The notes under the pieces are model-generated. The model did not search any database. It was not told where the DNA came from and saw nothing but the letters and a program-made list of their open reading frames with translations. This document shows positions 63,752 through 64,000 of a stretch of 64,000 nt of DNA, one piece after another. Both the position numbers and the translations under genes were made by a program. The DNA comes from Octopus bimaculoides (lineage: Eukaryota), in NCBI RefSeq assembly GCF_001194135.2, contig NC_068987.1, positions 7,041,983 through 7,105,982 of the forward strand. The letters are read 5' to 3'. How positions within the stretch are numbered: the stretch's first letter is position 1; each line of letters begins with the position of its first letter.

Positions 63752-64000
63752 ATGAAGTCTTTTGACATGCCTTTTCAATCCTCCAACTGAGAGGCACATC
63801 TTCCCATAGGTGGCACATATTCTGCTATGAACAATAGCCATATCACAATTTTTGATGGGTCGATTCTTGTGAGTTCTCTGATGGCTCACCAAGGCCGCAC
63901 GACTCAAGCACCTCCTTCCACAGATTACACACACAAAAAGCAACACTCCCTTATTTTCCACAGATACCTTCCTTCCAAGCTTTCTCTTATTCTTTTCGTG
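63752..64000 (-). mobile_element. RTE-type LINE C-terminus with two C2H2 zinc fingers (continues beyond the window)
   Basis: HEKNKRKLGRK...FVCVICGRRCLSRAALVSHQRTH (63869-63937) and ICATYGKMCLSVGGLKRHVKRLH (second Cys lost). The C..C.R.C.SR.GL.SH.R.H pattern is typical of RTE ORF ends; no TGEKP linkers. Confidence 0.65.

Noticed and set aside
63662-63961. Host C2H2 zinc-finger gene (a family expanded in octopus)
   Set aside because: Only two fingers, one lacking a Cys, no TGEKP linkers, and the SR.AL.SH.RTH pattern with an upstream basic helix fits an RTE retrotransposon C-terminus better.

Overview
AT-rich, microsatellite-saturated metazoan non-coding DNA with 11 N-gaps (~6.7 kb), nearly all abutting (TA)n, (CA)n or (GATA)n runs. 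The SINE families and repeat texture suggest an octopod cephalopod (Octopus-like) draft assembly; this is inference. I cannot support any host protein-coding gene by homology, and almost every ORF in the supplied track is a microsatellite or N-gap artefact. What is recognisable is a dense layer of decayed mobile elements. These are three tRNA-derived SINE families (about 18 copies or fragments), LINE remnants of several clades (CR1/L2-like, Dong/R4-like, Tx1/L1-like, RTE-like, HERO-like), two mariner transposase remnants, a Penelope-like GIY-YIG endonuclease remnant and a tRNA-like pseudogene. The most interesting unexplained signals are: (i) several minimal hammerhead-ribozyme-like cores of the Penelope/retrozyme type; (ii) a ~4 kb block that appears to split one SINE, with a target-site-like duplication and ~35-bp terminal direct repeats; (iii) a LINE and a SINE sharing the same 3' tail; (iv) a perfect 30-bp inverted repeat and a 118-bp inverted pair; (v) phase-compatible chains of unverified candidate micro-exons.
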